NCBI GenBank assembly: GCA_030606215.1
Contig: JAUWGW010000007.1
Coordinates: 1,615 to 65,614, forward strand
Source: a bacterium
GTDB lineage: Bacteria; NPL-UPA2; JAUVJM01
Reading direction: 5' to 3'
DNA length: 64,000 nucleotides
A model generated the notes under the pieces. That model worked only from the letters and a program-made list of their open reading frames with translations. It searched no databases and was not told where the DNA came from. Made by a program: the position numbers and the translations under genes. Shown here in pieces: positions 29,393-39,810 of the stretch (positions are counted from its first letter, which is position 1; every line of letters starts with the position of its first letter).

Positions 29393-30463
29393 TCATAACC
29401 ATGGGCTGAGGTAAGATTTTAGCCTTTCTTCCATCTTTTCTTTACTGAAGTATTTCAGTCTTTTTCCCTGTTTCCTGATAACTTTTTCCCTCAAGTTTTT
29501 TCCATTGAGCAGTAAATCTGCCATCTCTGCAATTTCTGCAAAATTTTTCTTTTTAACAAGAATTCCAGCATCTCCGAGAGTTTGAGGAACAGCAGCCCCT
29601 TTATATGCCATAATCGGTATTTCAAAATGCATTGCTTCAAGAAGTGGGAGACAAAAACCTTCATGCTCACTCATACAAATGAAAATATCAGCCAGACTAT
29701 AATAGGCTATTAAATCGTCAAAGTTAACATGCCCGAGTAGATATACAGTCTTCAAACCGAGCTGAAGTGTAAGAGACCTCAAATAATCAAAATACATTTC
29801 TGTGCCTGCGTATGAGCCGATGAGAAACAGTCTTGAATCAGGGTTGATAAACTTGTTGTAATAGTTGAAGACAAGAATTACATCCTCAAACTTCTTGTTC
29901 GGGACGAAACGACCTACGAATATAAAATGCTTGATATGAGACTGGTTATATACTGCTGTTGTATATGGATTTGGGCGCCTGGCGAAGAGTTGCCTGTCCA
30001 TGGTTAACGGAAGAACATCTGTATTCTCAAAACCCATGTCAACCAGCTCCTGGCGATTGTAGTCTGAATCTGCGAGGGAGAGCTCTGGAATATGGGCAAA
30101 AGAACGCAATTCCTTCCTTCCTTCTTCCAGTTCCTGTGCAATTCTATCATTTACCACCCTTAGATATCTTGCGGGGGTGATGTTGTGGTAGATAAGGATT
30201 TTTCTATCCGGAATAGAGCAAAAATACTCATTTACGGGTGAAGCTGTTGAGAAATGGAGTATTGTCAGATTCTCCTTTGAACTGCGCTCCTTGTGAAGGT
30301 GAAAATCGAAGCATTCTCTTCTCACTCGTGGATTTATATGTCTTGAGACTGAGTAGATTTCCGATGTAAAGCCCCAGGACCTGAGAATTTTCTGAATCAA
30401 TTTTGCCTGGATGCTGATTGCATCCCCGTAACTCATACCTGCAACAAGCTGATGTATTTCCAT
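29393..30463 (-). CDS. GT4 family glycosyltransferase
   Basis: YHNITP, FVGRFVPNK, SEHEGFCLPLLEAM; ATG 30463. Confidence 0.9.
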   Translation of the reverse strand: MEIHQLVAGMSYGDAISIQAKLIQKILRSWGFTSEIYSVSRHINPRVRRECFDFHLHKERSSKENLTILHFSTASPVNEYFCSIPDRKILIYHNITPARYLRVVNDRIAQELEEGRKELRSFAHIPELSLADSDYNRQELVDMGFENTDVLPLTMDRQLFARRPNPYTTAVYNQSHIKHFIFVGRFVPNKKFEDVILVFNYYNKFINPDSRLFLIGSYAGTEMYFDYLRSLTLQLGLKTVYLLGHVNFDDLIAYYSLADIFICMSEHEGFCLPLLEAMHFEIPIMAYKGAAVPQTLGDAGILVKKKNFAEIAEMADLLLNGKNLREKVIRKQGKRLKYFSKEKMEERLKSYLSPWL

Positions 30464-30464
30464 T

Positions 30465-31631
30465 TTAAAACTTTTCCAGTGCGTTCTTGAACCTTTCAAT
30501 AACTTTTTCCCAGCTATAATTTTCCTTAACATATTTTTTCCCATTGATGCCCATTTTAAGTCTCGCATCAGGATTATTGAGAAAAAAGTTTATACATTCC
30601 TCAAACTCAAAATAGGTATCAAAATAAAGACCTCCATTACTTTTCTGGCAGTGGAATTGTGTAACGGCACAGCTTGCATTGACAAGAACAGGGACTCCGG
30701 CAAGCCATGATTCCATTATTGTAATTGAAAGGCTTTCATTAACTGAAGGTTGACACAGAAAAGTTGCAGAGGCATGTGCGGCGTATTTGTCCTCTATTGA
30801 AACATAACCCAGATCTATTATATCCTGAGAATCTCCTGAGATTGCCACATCTCCGCTCCCGATAAGGACAAGCTTAAGTTTATTTCTGTTATATCTTTTA
30901 TACATATTGAAGTAGTTGATAAGAAGCGGCGTATTTTTTCCTCCTTCTCTTCTCCCGGCATATAGACAGAAATCATCTTTAATATCATACCTCCTTCTGA
31001 ACCGTTCAGCCGAAGCGTCTTTCCTTTCGTCAAAACCAAGAGCAACGATTGCAATTTTTCTCTCGCTGAGATTATATAACTTTTTCCCCAGTTCTCTCTC
31101 AGGAGGGGTGCTGAACATAATACCTCTGAATCTTTGAAACATATCTTTGAAAATTTCAAGGTAAGCATATACTTCATCGTGAAGGGTTGGTATTAGGAGA
31201 GATTTTTCAGGGCACACTTTTGAACCATTGATTGTAGTCCCGAACATGTATGGTATGAAGATAAAATAGTCATAATCACCACAATTTCTTTCAATGTACG
31301 AATACATAGAACTGCTATTAACACTTTCCTTCGCCCAGGTCAACTGGTCTTCATATGAAACTTTCTCCTTGGCAATAATCCTGTTCTGTATCTTGAGGAA
31401 TGTGATTGTATTTCGCTCATCAACTTTAAATCTTCTTACCGTTATACTGTTAATCTCTTCCTTGCCCGGAGGATAGTAGTTTTCCCAGCCAAAATGGTCC
31501 CTTGCGCATGTTGTGAGAATCTCAACGGAAAAGTTTGCCTCTTTCAAACGCTCTGCAAGCCATTCAATATGAATTGCGGCTCCCCCTGCCGCATCAATTC
31601 CGTACCTCGGACATATGAAAGCAATTCTCAC
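30465..31631 (-). CDS. GT4 family glycosyltransferase
   Basis: YAGRREGGK, PSVNESLSITIMESW, YSWEKV. Confidence 0.9.
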   Translation of the reverse strand: MRIAFICPRYGIDAAGGAAIHIEWLAERLKEANFSVEILTTCARDHFGWENYYPPGKEEINSITVRRFKVDERNTITFLKIQNRIIAKEKVSYEDQLTWAKESVNSSSMYSYIERNCGDYDYFIFIPYMFGTTINGSKVCPEKSLLIPTLHDEVYAYLEIFKDMFQRFRGIMFSTPPERELGKKLYNLSERKIAIVALGFDERKDASAERFRRRYDIKDDFCLYAGRREGGKNTPLLINYFNMYKRYNRNKLKLVLIGSGDVAISGDSQDIIDLGYVSIEDKYAAHASATFLCQPSVNESLSITIMESWLAGVPVLVNASCAVTQFHCQKSNGGLYFDTYFEFEECINFFLNNPDARLKMGINGKKYVKENYSWEKVIERFKNALEKF

Positions 31632-32074
31632 TGCCTTTCCTTTCGCTTCAAAATAGAAATTTCTTTCTCAAGCTCCACTATCCTGTCATATAATCCTTTG
31701 ACAAGTTGGACGATATGTCTGTTGAAATCAATCTGTTGGTTGAAAACACCCCTCGTATGAAACCTCAGAAACCGCCTGATAAATTCTTTCACTGCGAGCA
31801 CAATATGTCCGAGTATGGGACGGTTCAGGAACGGTGGGATACCGAATTTATAATGTTCTATATCTATGTTGCAGAGGACCTCGGCTGTCTTGATATAGTG
31901 TCTCGTGAAATCTGCGTGTTCAGGTGTATCACCAATTTTCAGTTTCTCTGCTTCGGCAAGTTTTTCGCTGGATAGAATTCCTTCTCTTTTCTTCTTTTCA
32001 ATATTCGCGCGAATTTCCTCCATTAACTCCTCAACATTTATGTCAGTATCCTTTATCTCAAAGGTCTCTTCCAT
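31628..32074 (-). CDS. Hypothetical helical/coiled-coil protein in the O-antigen ABC locus
   Basis: RBS ggagg; INVEELMEEIR and QQIDFN...RIVELEKEI heptads. Confidence 0.7.
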   Translation of the reverse strand: MEETFEIKDTDINVEELMEEIRANIEKKKREGILSSEKLAEAEKLKIGDTPEHADFTRHYIKTAEVLCNIDIEHYKFGIPPFLNRPILGHIVLAVKEFIRRFLRFHTRGVFNQQIDFNRHIVQLVKGLYDRIVELEKEISILKRKERQ

Positions 32075-32079
32075 CGTAT

Positions 32080-33261
32080 TTATACCTCCAATTCCCATCT
32101 GCATGGTAATTTAAGAAAACCATCTTCCTCGCGGAGATTTTCCACTTCTATCTGATGTGTGAAATCAAGGTGGTGATACTGTATTCTGTGGTCCTGTGAG
32201 TGGAGAGAAAAATTGAAGAAGAAAGCCCCTTTGAAAAGGGTAAGGCGCTCGATTGTAAGTTTTATTTTTCCCTCACCCTCAATGTGGTCTATAGGATAGT
32301 TTTCAAGTTTGGTGTTCGTCCCGAAGAAGTTTTTGCCATCCTGGCCATGGATAGAAATGCCAAAGACCGGGGAATCAACTCGCTTGGGTGCGAGGTAACT
32401 TATCTCCATAATCACAGGCTGCCCTGTGAAAAAGCGTTTTTCTTCTTTGCCGCCGCTTCTTAGAAAACGCACACCTGTAATAAAAGCTTCTTTTGTTCCC
32501 CATTCTCTTGGTCTTAAACGTTCATCTCTCTCCTGAACCATTTTCCTGTACAATCTCAGAACGTCTCTTGGTCTGCCTTCCTCCCTGACATGTCCCTGCT
32601 CAAGAAGAATTACGCGACTGCAGACTTCTTCAACAAGTTCAAGAGCGTGTGACACGAAGAGGATTGTTTTTCCTCTTTTCTGAAAATCTTCTATCCTTCT
32701 GAGACATTTCTTCTGAAAATGTTCGTCTCCGACAGCAAGCACTTCATCAATCAATAATATGTCGGGGTCAACTTCAACTGCAATTGCAAAGCCAAGCCTG
32801 ACATACATACCGGAAGAGAAATGTTTCACAGGCATGTTTATAAACTTTTCAAGCTCGGAAAATTCGACTATTGCCTTATACCTTTCATCCATCTCTTTTT
32901 TCGAAAAACCGAGTATTGACCCGTTGAGATAGATATTCTCCCGCCCGCTCAAATCTCCGTGAAAACCAGCTCCGAGTTCAAGGAGTGTTGCAACGGAACC
33001 CTGGACTTTTACCTCTCCTGAGGTCGGTTTCAATATCCCGGCGATAATTCCAAGCAGTGTGCTTTTGCCCGAACCATTCTCTCCTATAACGCCGACAGTT
33101 TCTCCCTTCTGAATTTCAAAACTGACATCCTCAAGAGCGTGAAAGGCTTTGAAAGGTTCCCTCCTTTTCAGCCAGTCCATTATTGCCCCTTTGAAAGTTG
33201 GTTCTTTCCCCCGCTGAATAAGATAGTTTTTTGAAACGCCTTTAATACTTATAACGATCAT
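32080..33261 (-). CDS. wzt: Polysaccharide ABC exporter ATPase with C-terminal carbohydrate-binding domain
   Basis: GENGSGKST, FSSGMYVRLGF, DEVLAVGD, beta-rich C-terminal extension. Confidence 0.93.
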   Translation of the reverse strand: MIVISIKGVSKNYLIQRGKEPTFKGAIMDWLKRREPFKAFHALEDVSFEIQKGETVGVIGENGSGKSTLLGIIAGILKPTSGEVKVQGSVATLLELGAGFHGDLSGRENIYLNGSILGFSKKEMDERYKAIVEFSELEKFINMPVKHFSSGMYVRLGFAIAVEVDPDILLIDEVLAVGDEHFQKKCLRRIEDFQKRGKTILFVSHALELVEEVCSRVILLEQGHVREEGRPRDVLRLYRKMVQERDERLRPREWGTKEAFITGVRFLRSGGKEEKRFFTGQPVIMEISYLAPKRVDSPVFGISIHGQDGKNFFGTNTKLENYPIDHIEGEGKIKLTIERLTLFKGAFFFNFSLHSQDHRIQYHHLDFTHQIEVENLREEDGFLKLPCRWELEV

Positions 33262-33279
33262 TATTCTGCGCTCCGCATT

Positions 33280-34089
33280 TCAAAGTTGATCCACAATTAT
33301 TCCTTCCACCTTAATCAAAAAGCGATATCCAGCTATAAGTACTGCTATTGAGATTACAAGTGGTATATATATAAGTTGAGGGGGAGGGAAGTTACCGTGA
33401 TAAAGAATGCTTTGATAACTTACAATTATACATGCCATCGGATTAAGGAAATACAGTAAACGCAGATGCTCCGGGACAACAAGTGTGTATGGATAGATGA
33501 CAGGCGTGAGGAAAAAGCCGGCGAACAGAATAACCTGCAGCATATGTTCCACATCACGGAATAGGACATTCAAGGAGCTGATAAAGAAGGATAACCCGCA
33601 TGCAAGCATAAGTTCGATAAGAATCAGAAGCGGGAGCATTAGGAGACAGATTCCGGAGGGATTTTCCCATCCGGAAGGGATTTTCCACATTATGAGCAGA
33701 GTGAAAACCACTACAAGTGAAAGGATAAAGTTCACGAGGTTAGTCAGCACGGCTGAGACTGGCAAAATAATTCTTGGGAAATAAACTTTCTTTACGAGAC
33801 TGACATTCCCTACGAAGGAAGTTGCCGAGTCGCTGATTGAGCCGGCAAAGAAGTTCCATGAAAAAAGACCAACTACCAAATATGCTGCGTAATTCTCTAT
33901 ACCTGCCTTCCGCCATCCTGTGAAAACACTTGAGAAGACAGCCCAGTAAACCAGGGTCATAAGAAGTGGATTGAGAAGCGACCAGAGAAAGCCCAGGGAA
34001 GAACTTTTGTATCTGACCTTGAGATGTCTTGTAACAAGATTTTTTACAAGTTCACGCCGCTTTAATAATTCATGCCACTGTCCAGGCAT
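33280..34089 (-). CDS. wzm: Polysaccharide ABC exporter permease
   Basis: RYKSSSLGFLWSLLNPL, FRDV, TPVIY, NPM. Confidence 0.93.
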   Translation of the reverse strand: MPGQWHELLKRRELVKNLVTRHLKVRYKSSSLGFLWSLLNPLLMTLVYWAVFSSVFTGWRKAGIENYAAYLVVGLFSWNFFAGSISDSATSFVGNVSLVKKVYFPRIILPVSAVLTNLVNFILSLVVVFTLLIMWKIPSGWENPSGICLLMLPLLILIELMLACGLSFFISSLNVLFRDVEHMLQVILFAGFFLTPVIYPYTLVVPEHLRLLYFLNPMACIIVSYQSILYHGNFPPPQLIYIPLVISIAVLIAGYRFLIKVEGIIVDQL

Positions 34090-35081
34090 ATTTCCACCTT
34101 TTCCATAACTTCAGATACTCCAATCTCTTTCATACATTTGATACTCTTGCATTTTTTTCGCCAGCAGCCGGAGCATGGCATTTTCTTCCATACCACAAAA
34201 TTTCTCTCCCCATAGGGACCGTTACGCGCGGGGTCCGTTGGGCCATATAATCCTATTACCCTTTTACCGAGAGCAGCTGCCAGATGTAAGGGGCCTGTAT
34301 CTGAACCGATAAAAAGTTCACATTTGTCAAGTAAAGCAATCAGTTGAGAAAGGTTCATACCGTTTGCAATGACTATATCTTCTCTGCGGAATTTCTCCGC
34401 AGGTTTCTCTTCACCAGGTCCTGCAGTAATCACAATCGTAGTATCAGCAAACTTCTTAACGATTTCCCGGGAAAGGTGTGCATAATTCTCAATCGGCCAT
34501 TTCTTCGTCTCCCACGTGACACCTGGATGCATTATTACTATTCTCTTATTATAAACATTTCTTGATTTCAGGAAATCATCTATATATCTTTTTGCAGACT
34601 CCTCAACCGGGACCTTAAATAATATATCCCCTGCATCTGCTTCCAGCTCCCTGGCAAAGCCCAGGTTTCGTTCAATGATGTGAGAGCCCTCTTCGGTAAC
34701 CTTCCGGTTTGTGAAAAATGTGCTTATTGCCTCAACCCTGAAACTTCCTCTTTTGAAACCCATCCGCCATCGGCAGCCGCTGAGAAATGTGACAATACCC
34801 CCCTTGAGATTTCCCTGTAAATCAATAATTATATCATACTTCTTACTTCTTATTTTTCCAATGAATTTTATGAAGGAAAGAAAGTTTTTGAAAACCCCTT
34901 CTCTTTCAAAGACAATTATTTCATCCACAGAAGGATGATTCTTAATTAAACCTGAAAATCTTTTCTCAATCGCCCAGCCAATATGAGTATCCGGATATTT
35001 TCTCCGCAATATATTCACAAGTGGCAGAGTATGGATAACATCTCCCAGAGAACTAAGCTTTAATATAAGAATGCTCTTCAC
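34062..35081 (-). CDS. waaC: LPS heptosyltransferase (GT9), probably heptosyltransferase I
   Basis: KLSSLGDVIHTLP, DLQG, K.WP, DTGPLHLAAA. Confidence 0.75.
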   Translation of the reverse strand: MKSILILKLSSLGDVIHTLPLVNILRRKYPDTHIGWAIEKRFSGLIKNHPSVDEIIVFEREGVFKNFLSFIKFIGKIRSKKYDIIIDLQGNLKGGIVTFLSGCRWRMGFKRGSFRVEAISTFFTNRKVTEEGSHIIERNLGFARELEADAGDILFKVPVEESAKRYIDDFLKSRNVYNKRIVIMHPGVTWETKKWPIENYAHLSREIVKKFADTTIVITAGPGEEKPAEKFRREDIVIANGMNLSQLIALLDKCELFIGSDTGPLHLAAALGKRVIGLYGPTDPARNGPYGERNFVVWKKMPCSGCWRKKCKSIKCMKEIGVSEVMEKVEICLDSGMNY

Positions 35082-36235
35082 TGAATATTTGCCTTCAAAT
35101 TCTTGTTTATAAGAAGTGCGAGCCCCATCATAATATATACCATCATCACTACTTCAGAATCCCCGAAGTTAAATTCAACAAGGCCATTTATGAGAAAACC
35201 GATAAATGCGGAGAAAATACCAAGCATGAGAGCTTTCTCATAAGAATTTTTATCTTTAATCCTGTGAAACGTGTGGAATGATAATTTGATAAAGACAATC
35301 ATCCACCAGAGAAATGCTATAAACCCGATAGGTCCCATCTCTGCAAGTATTTGCAGAGGTGTACTGTGGAGGTGATCACGCCTGTGTTCAATCCCAGAGT
35401 TATAGTGATACATAACACTGCCAACATTATCTATCCCAACTCCCATTGGATGGTCTCTCAATATTGATGGTGTAATCTCCCACATTGCAAGTCTCCCACC
35501 CCGCACCGGTGAAAACTCATCCTTCAGATTCATAAGCCTGTCTTTCGCTGGCTGGAAAAGCGCGAGAATTGCCACTGCGGCACAAATTACAGTTAAAATC
35601 ATTTTCCTGGACCTAATCCATCCCTGAATACCGAGTACAAACATGAGTGATATCCAGGAACCGCGTTTGAAATTGAGGATTTCAGCGGCAATCATAAGCA
35701 TGAGAGCAATTGACAGGAGCACTTTTATCTTCCTTTCTTCCCGGTAAAGCAGGATTGCCGTTGTAATTCCAATAATAATGAGAAGCTGGCCTGCCTCACT
35801 CATACTTCCAGCCAGCACAGGGTCAGAGCCCTGGGTGATTTTTGATAGGCGGTTAACTATCGTGAAAAGTGATAAAATTGAAGTCCCGCAAATAAGAGTT
35901 CTCACAAGCGTCCTGATTTTGTGAGATGCTACATTATTCAGAATGAGGTAGATAATGAGAATAAGACCATAAGTCCTGAAACCAATCAGACTGTTTTTAA
36001 CATCTACGCCCCAGAATGAACTAAGAAAAGCAACCACTACAAAAGCTAAAACCGGCAGATCCAACGGGGTTTTCTGCCAGTGAAATTCTTTACCTAAAAT
36101 CATCTTCACAATCCACCCAATTAAGCCAAGAACAAATACTCCCTCTGAAACAGCTATTGATAGAGGCAAAGTAAAAGCAAACAGGATGAGCGATATATAT
36201 ATATAATTGTCAAAGTGTCTTGTCAATCTTTTCAT
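35078..36235 (-). CDS. waaL: O-antigen ligase family protein
   Basis: Multi-TM protein; RGSW, R..MW, HPMGVG, HLHSTPLQILAEMG. Confidence 0.8.
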   Translation of the reverse strand: MKRLTRHFDNYIYISLILFAFTLPLSIAVSEGVFVLGLIGWIVKMILGKEFHWQKTPLDLPVLAFVVVAFLSSFWGVDVKNSLIGFRTYGLILIIYLILNNVASHKIRTLVRTLICGTSILSLFTIVNRLSKITQGSDPVLAGSMSEAGQLLIIIGITTAILLYREERKIKVLLSIALMLMIAAEILNFKRGSWISLMFVLGIQGWIRSRKMILTVICAAVAILALFQPAKDRLMNLKDEFSPVRGGRLAMWEITPSILRDHPMGVGIDNVGSVMYHYNSGIEHRRDHLHSTPLQILAEMGPIGFIAFLWWMIVFIKLSFHTFHRIKDKNSYEKALMLGIFSAFIGFLINGLVEFNFGDSEVVMMVYIMMGLALLINKNLKANIQ

Positions 36236-37004
36236 TACTTAATCCTGTCTTTTGTAGTTCCCACAGCTTGGAATATTTCAAGAAAACATAAAATGAAGAA
36301 GCGGCTGCAATTATCAATCCCGGGATACCATCTTTGAATCCACCCCTGATTGCATATCCTGTGATAAACCTTATAATAGGGCGAAGGAGAATCTGGAAGG
36401 GATGAAATACTTTTCCATGTTTTGCCATTTCCTCCGCTGAGATTGAAGAAAATTTATTCAGAGTTTGCAACTGGTCAAAAATGTTCTCATAGGTAAAATG
36501 CCACAGGTCTTGCTCCAAATATTTAACCCGCCCTCCGGATACCTCAACTTTCTCATGCGGTTCAACACCTCCTATACGCCCTTTCACCCTTCTGAACAGG
36601 CGAAGTTTGTAGTCAGGATACCATTCACCATGCTTGATCCATCTTCCGAGATAATAGACGAGCCTTGGGAAATAAAATCCGTCATACTCTCCGCTATCTT
36701 CAGAGAGTCCCTTTTTTATTTCCTCAATCAATCCGGGCGACAACCTTTCATCAGCATCAATCAATAAGACCCAGTCATATTTTGTACTGCTTAGCGCAAA
36801 ACTTTTCTGGTCAATCTGTCCTTTCCACTCTCGCTGCATTATCTTATCAGTGAATTCTCTGCATATGTTTACGGTCTTATCACTGCTGAATGAATCCACA
36901 ATAATGATTTCATCAACCCATGCAACTGATTTGAGACAGTCACGGATATTTTTCTCCTCATTATATGTAACAATACATACTGAAACGGAGAATTTACCTG
37001 CCAT
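36210..37004 (-). CDS. GT2 LPS core glycosyltransferase (WaaE/KdtX-like)
   Basis: YNEEKNI, VDSFSSD, IDADE, YPDYKLRLF, GFKDG. Confidence 0.88.
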   Translation of the reverse strand: MAGKFSVSVCIVTYNEEKNIRDCLKSVAWVDEIIIVDSFSSDKTVNICREFTDKIMQREWKGQIDQKSFALSSTKYDWVLLIDADERLSPGLIEEIKKGLSEDSGEYDGFYFPRLVYYLGRWIKHGEWYPDYKLRLFRRVKGRIGGVEPHEKVEVSGGRVKYLEQDLWHFTYENIFDQLQTLNKFSSISAEEMAKHGKVFHPFQILLRPIIRFITGYAIRGGFKDGIPGLIIAAASSFYVFLKYSKLWELQKTGLSNEKIDKTL

Positions 37005-38040
37005 CTCTTAATTTTTCCTCCGCTGAGAGAAGAACCTCTTCCACCTGAATTTCTTTAAAACACCTGTAATCTCCGCGCGGGCATTTTCTGGAAAAACATG
37101 GACTGCAATCAACTCTCTTGTAGAAAACAGTATGCTCTTCACCTCGTGGACCTGTTCTTGCAGGGTCAGTGGAGCCAAATATTGCCACAACAGGGGTTTT
37201 AACTGCAGTAGCTATGTGCATAGTCCCGCTGTCATTTGTAATGAGAAGTTTGCACATACTGAGTAATGCTCCGAGCTGACGCAGGCTTGTCTTTCCCGCA
37301 AGATTGACACACTTCTCTTTCATATATCTACAAATCTCATCTGTGATTTTCTCTTCCTTAGATGTCCCAAAAAGTAAAATTTTTACAGATTGTTTTTTAA
37401 TCAGTTCATCTCCCACATCTGCAAAATTTCTCGGGAACCATCTTTTCGCAGGTCCGAATGTTGCCCCTGGATTAATTCCAATCAATCTGTCAACGCTTTT
37501 GATTTTGTTTTCTTCAAGAAGTCTCTTAGCTTCTTCCTTTTCTTGTTGAGTTACAACCCATACAAGTTCATGATTTACGGATTCCCTTTTTGAATCATGA
37601 AAGTCCTCAATAAGATGAAGGTAGTAGTTTACCTGATGTTCCCTGAGTAACTTCCTGGTAGGTTCCAGAGCGCAAGTCAACAGGAATCCTCTTGCATCTC
37701 TTCTATAGCCGAGAGTTTCTTCCGCTCCTGAAATGCGAAAAAAAAGGGCCGATGAAAAGGAATTTGGAAAAAGGATTGCCCTGTCATATTTGTCTTTTCT
37801 GAGCTTAAAAGCTTTTAACCAGTAGAATAAATTATTCTTCTCGGGTAATATGATTATTTCATCAACAGCAGGATTGTGGAGGAAACAATCACTCACGCTC
37901 CTTCTGGCGAGAAGTGAGATATGTGCTCCGGGATACTTTTCTCTCAACGCAGTCAGCGCAGGAGTTGAGAGAACAGCATCTCCAATCCAGTTAGGCGCTC
38001 TTACAATTATCTTATTTTCTATCTTTGAATTGCATCTCAT
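36994..38040 (-). CDS. waaF: LPS heptosyltransferase II
   Basis: RAPNWIGDAV, PNSFSSA, NPGATFGPAKRW, NDSGTMH. Confidence 0.88.
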   Translation of the reverse strand: MRCNSKIENKIIVRAPNWIGDAVLSTPALTALREKYPGAHISLLARRSVSDCFLHNPAVDEIIILPEKNNLFYWLKAFKLRKDKYDRAILFPNSFSSALFFRISGAEETLGYRRDARGFLLTCALEPTRKLLREHQVNYYLHLIEDFHDSKRESVNHELVWVVTQQEKEEAKRLLEENKIKSVDRLIGINPGATFGPAKRWFPRNFADVGDELIKKQSVKILLFGTSKEEKITDEICRYMKEKCVNLAGKTSLRQLGALLSMCKLLITNDSGTMHIATAVKTPVVAIFGSTDPARTGPRGEEHTVFYKRVDCSPCFSRKCPRGDYRCFKEIQVEEVLLSAEEKLRDGR

Positions 38041-39787
38041 ATAGCCGCTTGTACACTTCCCCTCGTTTAATCAACTCTTCATGAATGCCAGATTCCACAA
38101 TTCTGTCCTTGTCAAGGACTATGATTTTGTTTGCATGCTTTATGGTGGAAAGTCTGTGCGCAATTACAAATACTGTTCTATCCTTCATAAGATTATTTAT
38201 TGCTCCCTGTATCATCTCTTCAGATTCGGAATCCAGCGATGATGTTGCCTCATCAAGTATCAAAATCGCAGGGTCTTTAAGCACAGCTCGCGCAATAGTA
38301 ATTCTCTGTCGTTCGCCTCCAGAGAGGAGAACGCCACGGTCTCCGATGACTGTATCATATCCGTTTGACAGGTTCATTACAAAGCTATGGGCATTTGCCG
38401 CTTTAGCTGCTCGGATAATTTCTTCCTCTGAAATATTCGCATTCCCGTAGCAGATATTGTTTGCCACAGTGTCATTGAATAAAATGACCTCTTGAGTCAC
38501 TATGCCAATCTGAGCTCTCAGGGATTTGATTGTTACCTCTTTTATGTCCTTCCCGTCAATAGTTATTGAGCCCGAGAGACAATCGTAGAATCGTGGAATG
38601 AGATTCACGAGAGTTGTTTTCCCAACACCACTTGTCCCAACGATGGCTATAATCTCTCCTACTCTGGCTTTGAGGTTTATGTCAGTAAGCACATTTCTCC
38701 CTTTTGTATATGCAAAAGATACATTGTCGAAGCTTATTTCCCCTCCTAATCGTGGAACATCCAAAGCCCCTTCACATTCTACGACCTCAGGTTGAATATC
38801 AAGTATTTCAAAAATCCTCATTGATGCGGCTTTTGCCTGCTGCATCATATTGTTAACTCTGGTCAGATTCTTGCAAGGTGCATACAGGCAGAAAACTGCC
38901 CCGAGGAATGTGACGAAGTCACCAGATGTCATAGAACCAGCTCCTGGCATGACCCTGTAGCCGGCATAGAGCAGTATGGCTGCTATTCCAACTGCGGCTA
39001 AAAATTCCATCACCGGGGATGAAACTAAATAAATACGCGCAGACTTCATCGTTATCTGGAAGAATTTCTTAGTTTCCCCAAAGAATCTCTTCCTCTCATA
39101 CTCTTCCATCCCGAAAGCCTGAACAACCCTGATTCCTGAAAGAGTTTCCTGAAGTATAGAAGTGATATCGGCAATTCTCACCTGAGCTTCTCCGGTAAAT
39201 TTTCTTACCTTCTCACCAAGTTTCTTAATCAAAACTGCAACTGGTGGGAATATGACCAGAGACACAATCGCAAGACCGGTATTTAGATAGAAAATAAAAA
39301 TGAGAAATCCTAAGATTGTTACAGGTTCACGAATAAGACTTGCCAAGGATTCTGTTATGCTCTGCTGAATGACATTGATATCGTTGGTGAATCTTGATAT
39401 TAACTCCCCGGTTTTTCGTCGTGTGAAGAAACCGGGGCTCAAACCTGTAACATTGTGGTATAGGTCATTCCGCAGGTCATTTACCACTTTCTGTGCAACG
39501 AAGTGCATGAGATAAGTCTGCCCGTACCCTGCAAGCCCTTTCATGGAGACTATTGCCAAAACGAAAATTGCAAGGAATTTGACGCAAACAGTCCTTTCAG
39601 CTGTGAACTCTGCTTTCAGGAATGGGATTTCAACAGTGACTATTTTCTCTGGAGTGAATATCCTGTCGATAATAGGTTTCAGCGTCCATATTGAAATGAC
39701 TGAAAAGAGAGCGAAGAAAATCATACAGATGAAAGCAAAAGCTAATTGCCGTTTATAACGACTTATATAACTGAAAAGCCTTTTCAA
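38012..39787 (-). CDS. msbA: Lipid A-core ABC flippase
   Basis: Fused TMD-NBD; GTSGVGKT, LSGGERQR, LDEATS; lipid A gene context. Confidence 0.85.
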   Translation of the reverse strand: MKRLFSYISRYKRQLAFAFICMIFFALFSVISIWTLKPIIDRIFTPEKIVTVEIPFLKAEFTAERTVCVKFLAIFVLAIVSMKGLAGYGQTYLMHFVAQKVVNDLRNDLYHNVTGLSPGFFTRRKTGELISRFTNDINVIQQSITESLASLIREPVTILGFLIFIFYLNTGLAIVSLVIFPPVAVLIKKLGEKVRKFTGEAQVRIADITSILQETLSGIRVVQAFGMEEYERKRFFGETKKFFQITMKSARIYLVSSPVMEFLAAVGIAAILLYAGYRVMPGAGSMTSGDFVTFLGAVFCLYAPCKNLTRVNNMMQQAKAASMRIFEILDIQPEVVECEGALDVPRLGGEISFDNVSFAYTKGRNVLTDINLKARVGEIIAIVGTSGVGKTTLVNLIPRFYDCLSGSITIDGKDIKEVTIKSLRAQIGIVTQEVILFNDTVANNICYGNANISEEEIIRAAKAANAHSFVMNLSNGYDTVIGDRGVLLSGGERQRITIARAVLKDPAILILDEATSSLDSESEEMIQGAINNLMKDRTVFVIAHRLSTIKHANKIIVLDKDRIVESGIHEELIKRGEVYKRLYEMQFKDRK

Positions 39788-39810
39788 CTTTATTTCCCCG
39801 TGTCTTTCCC

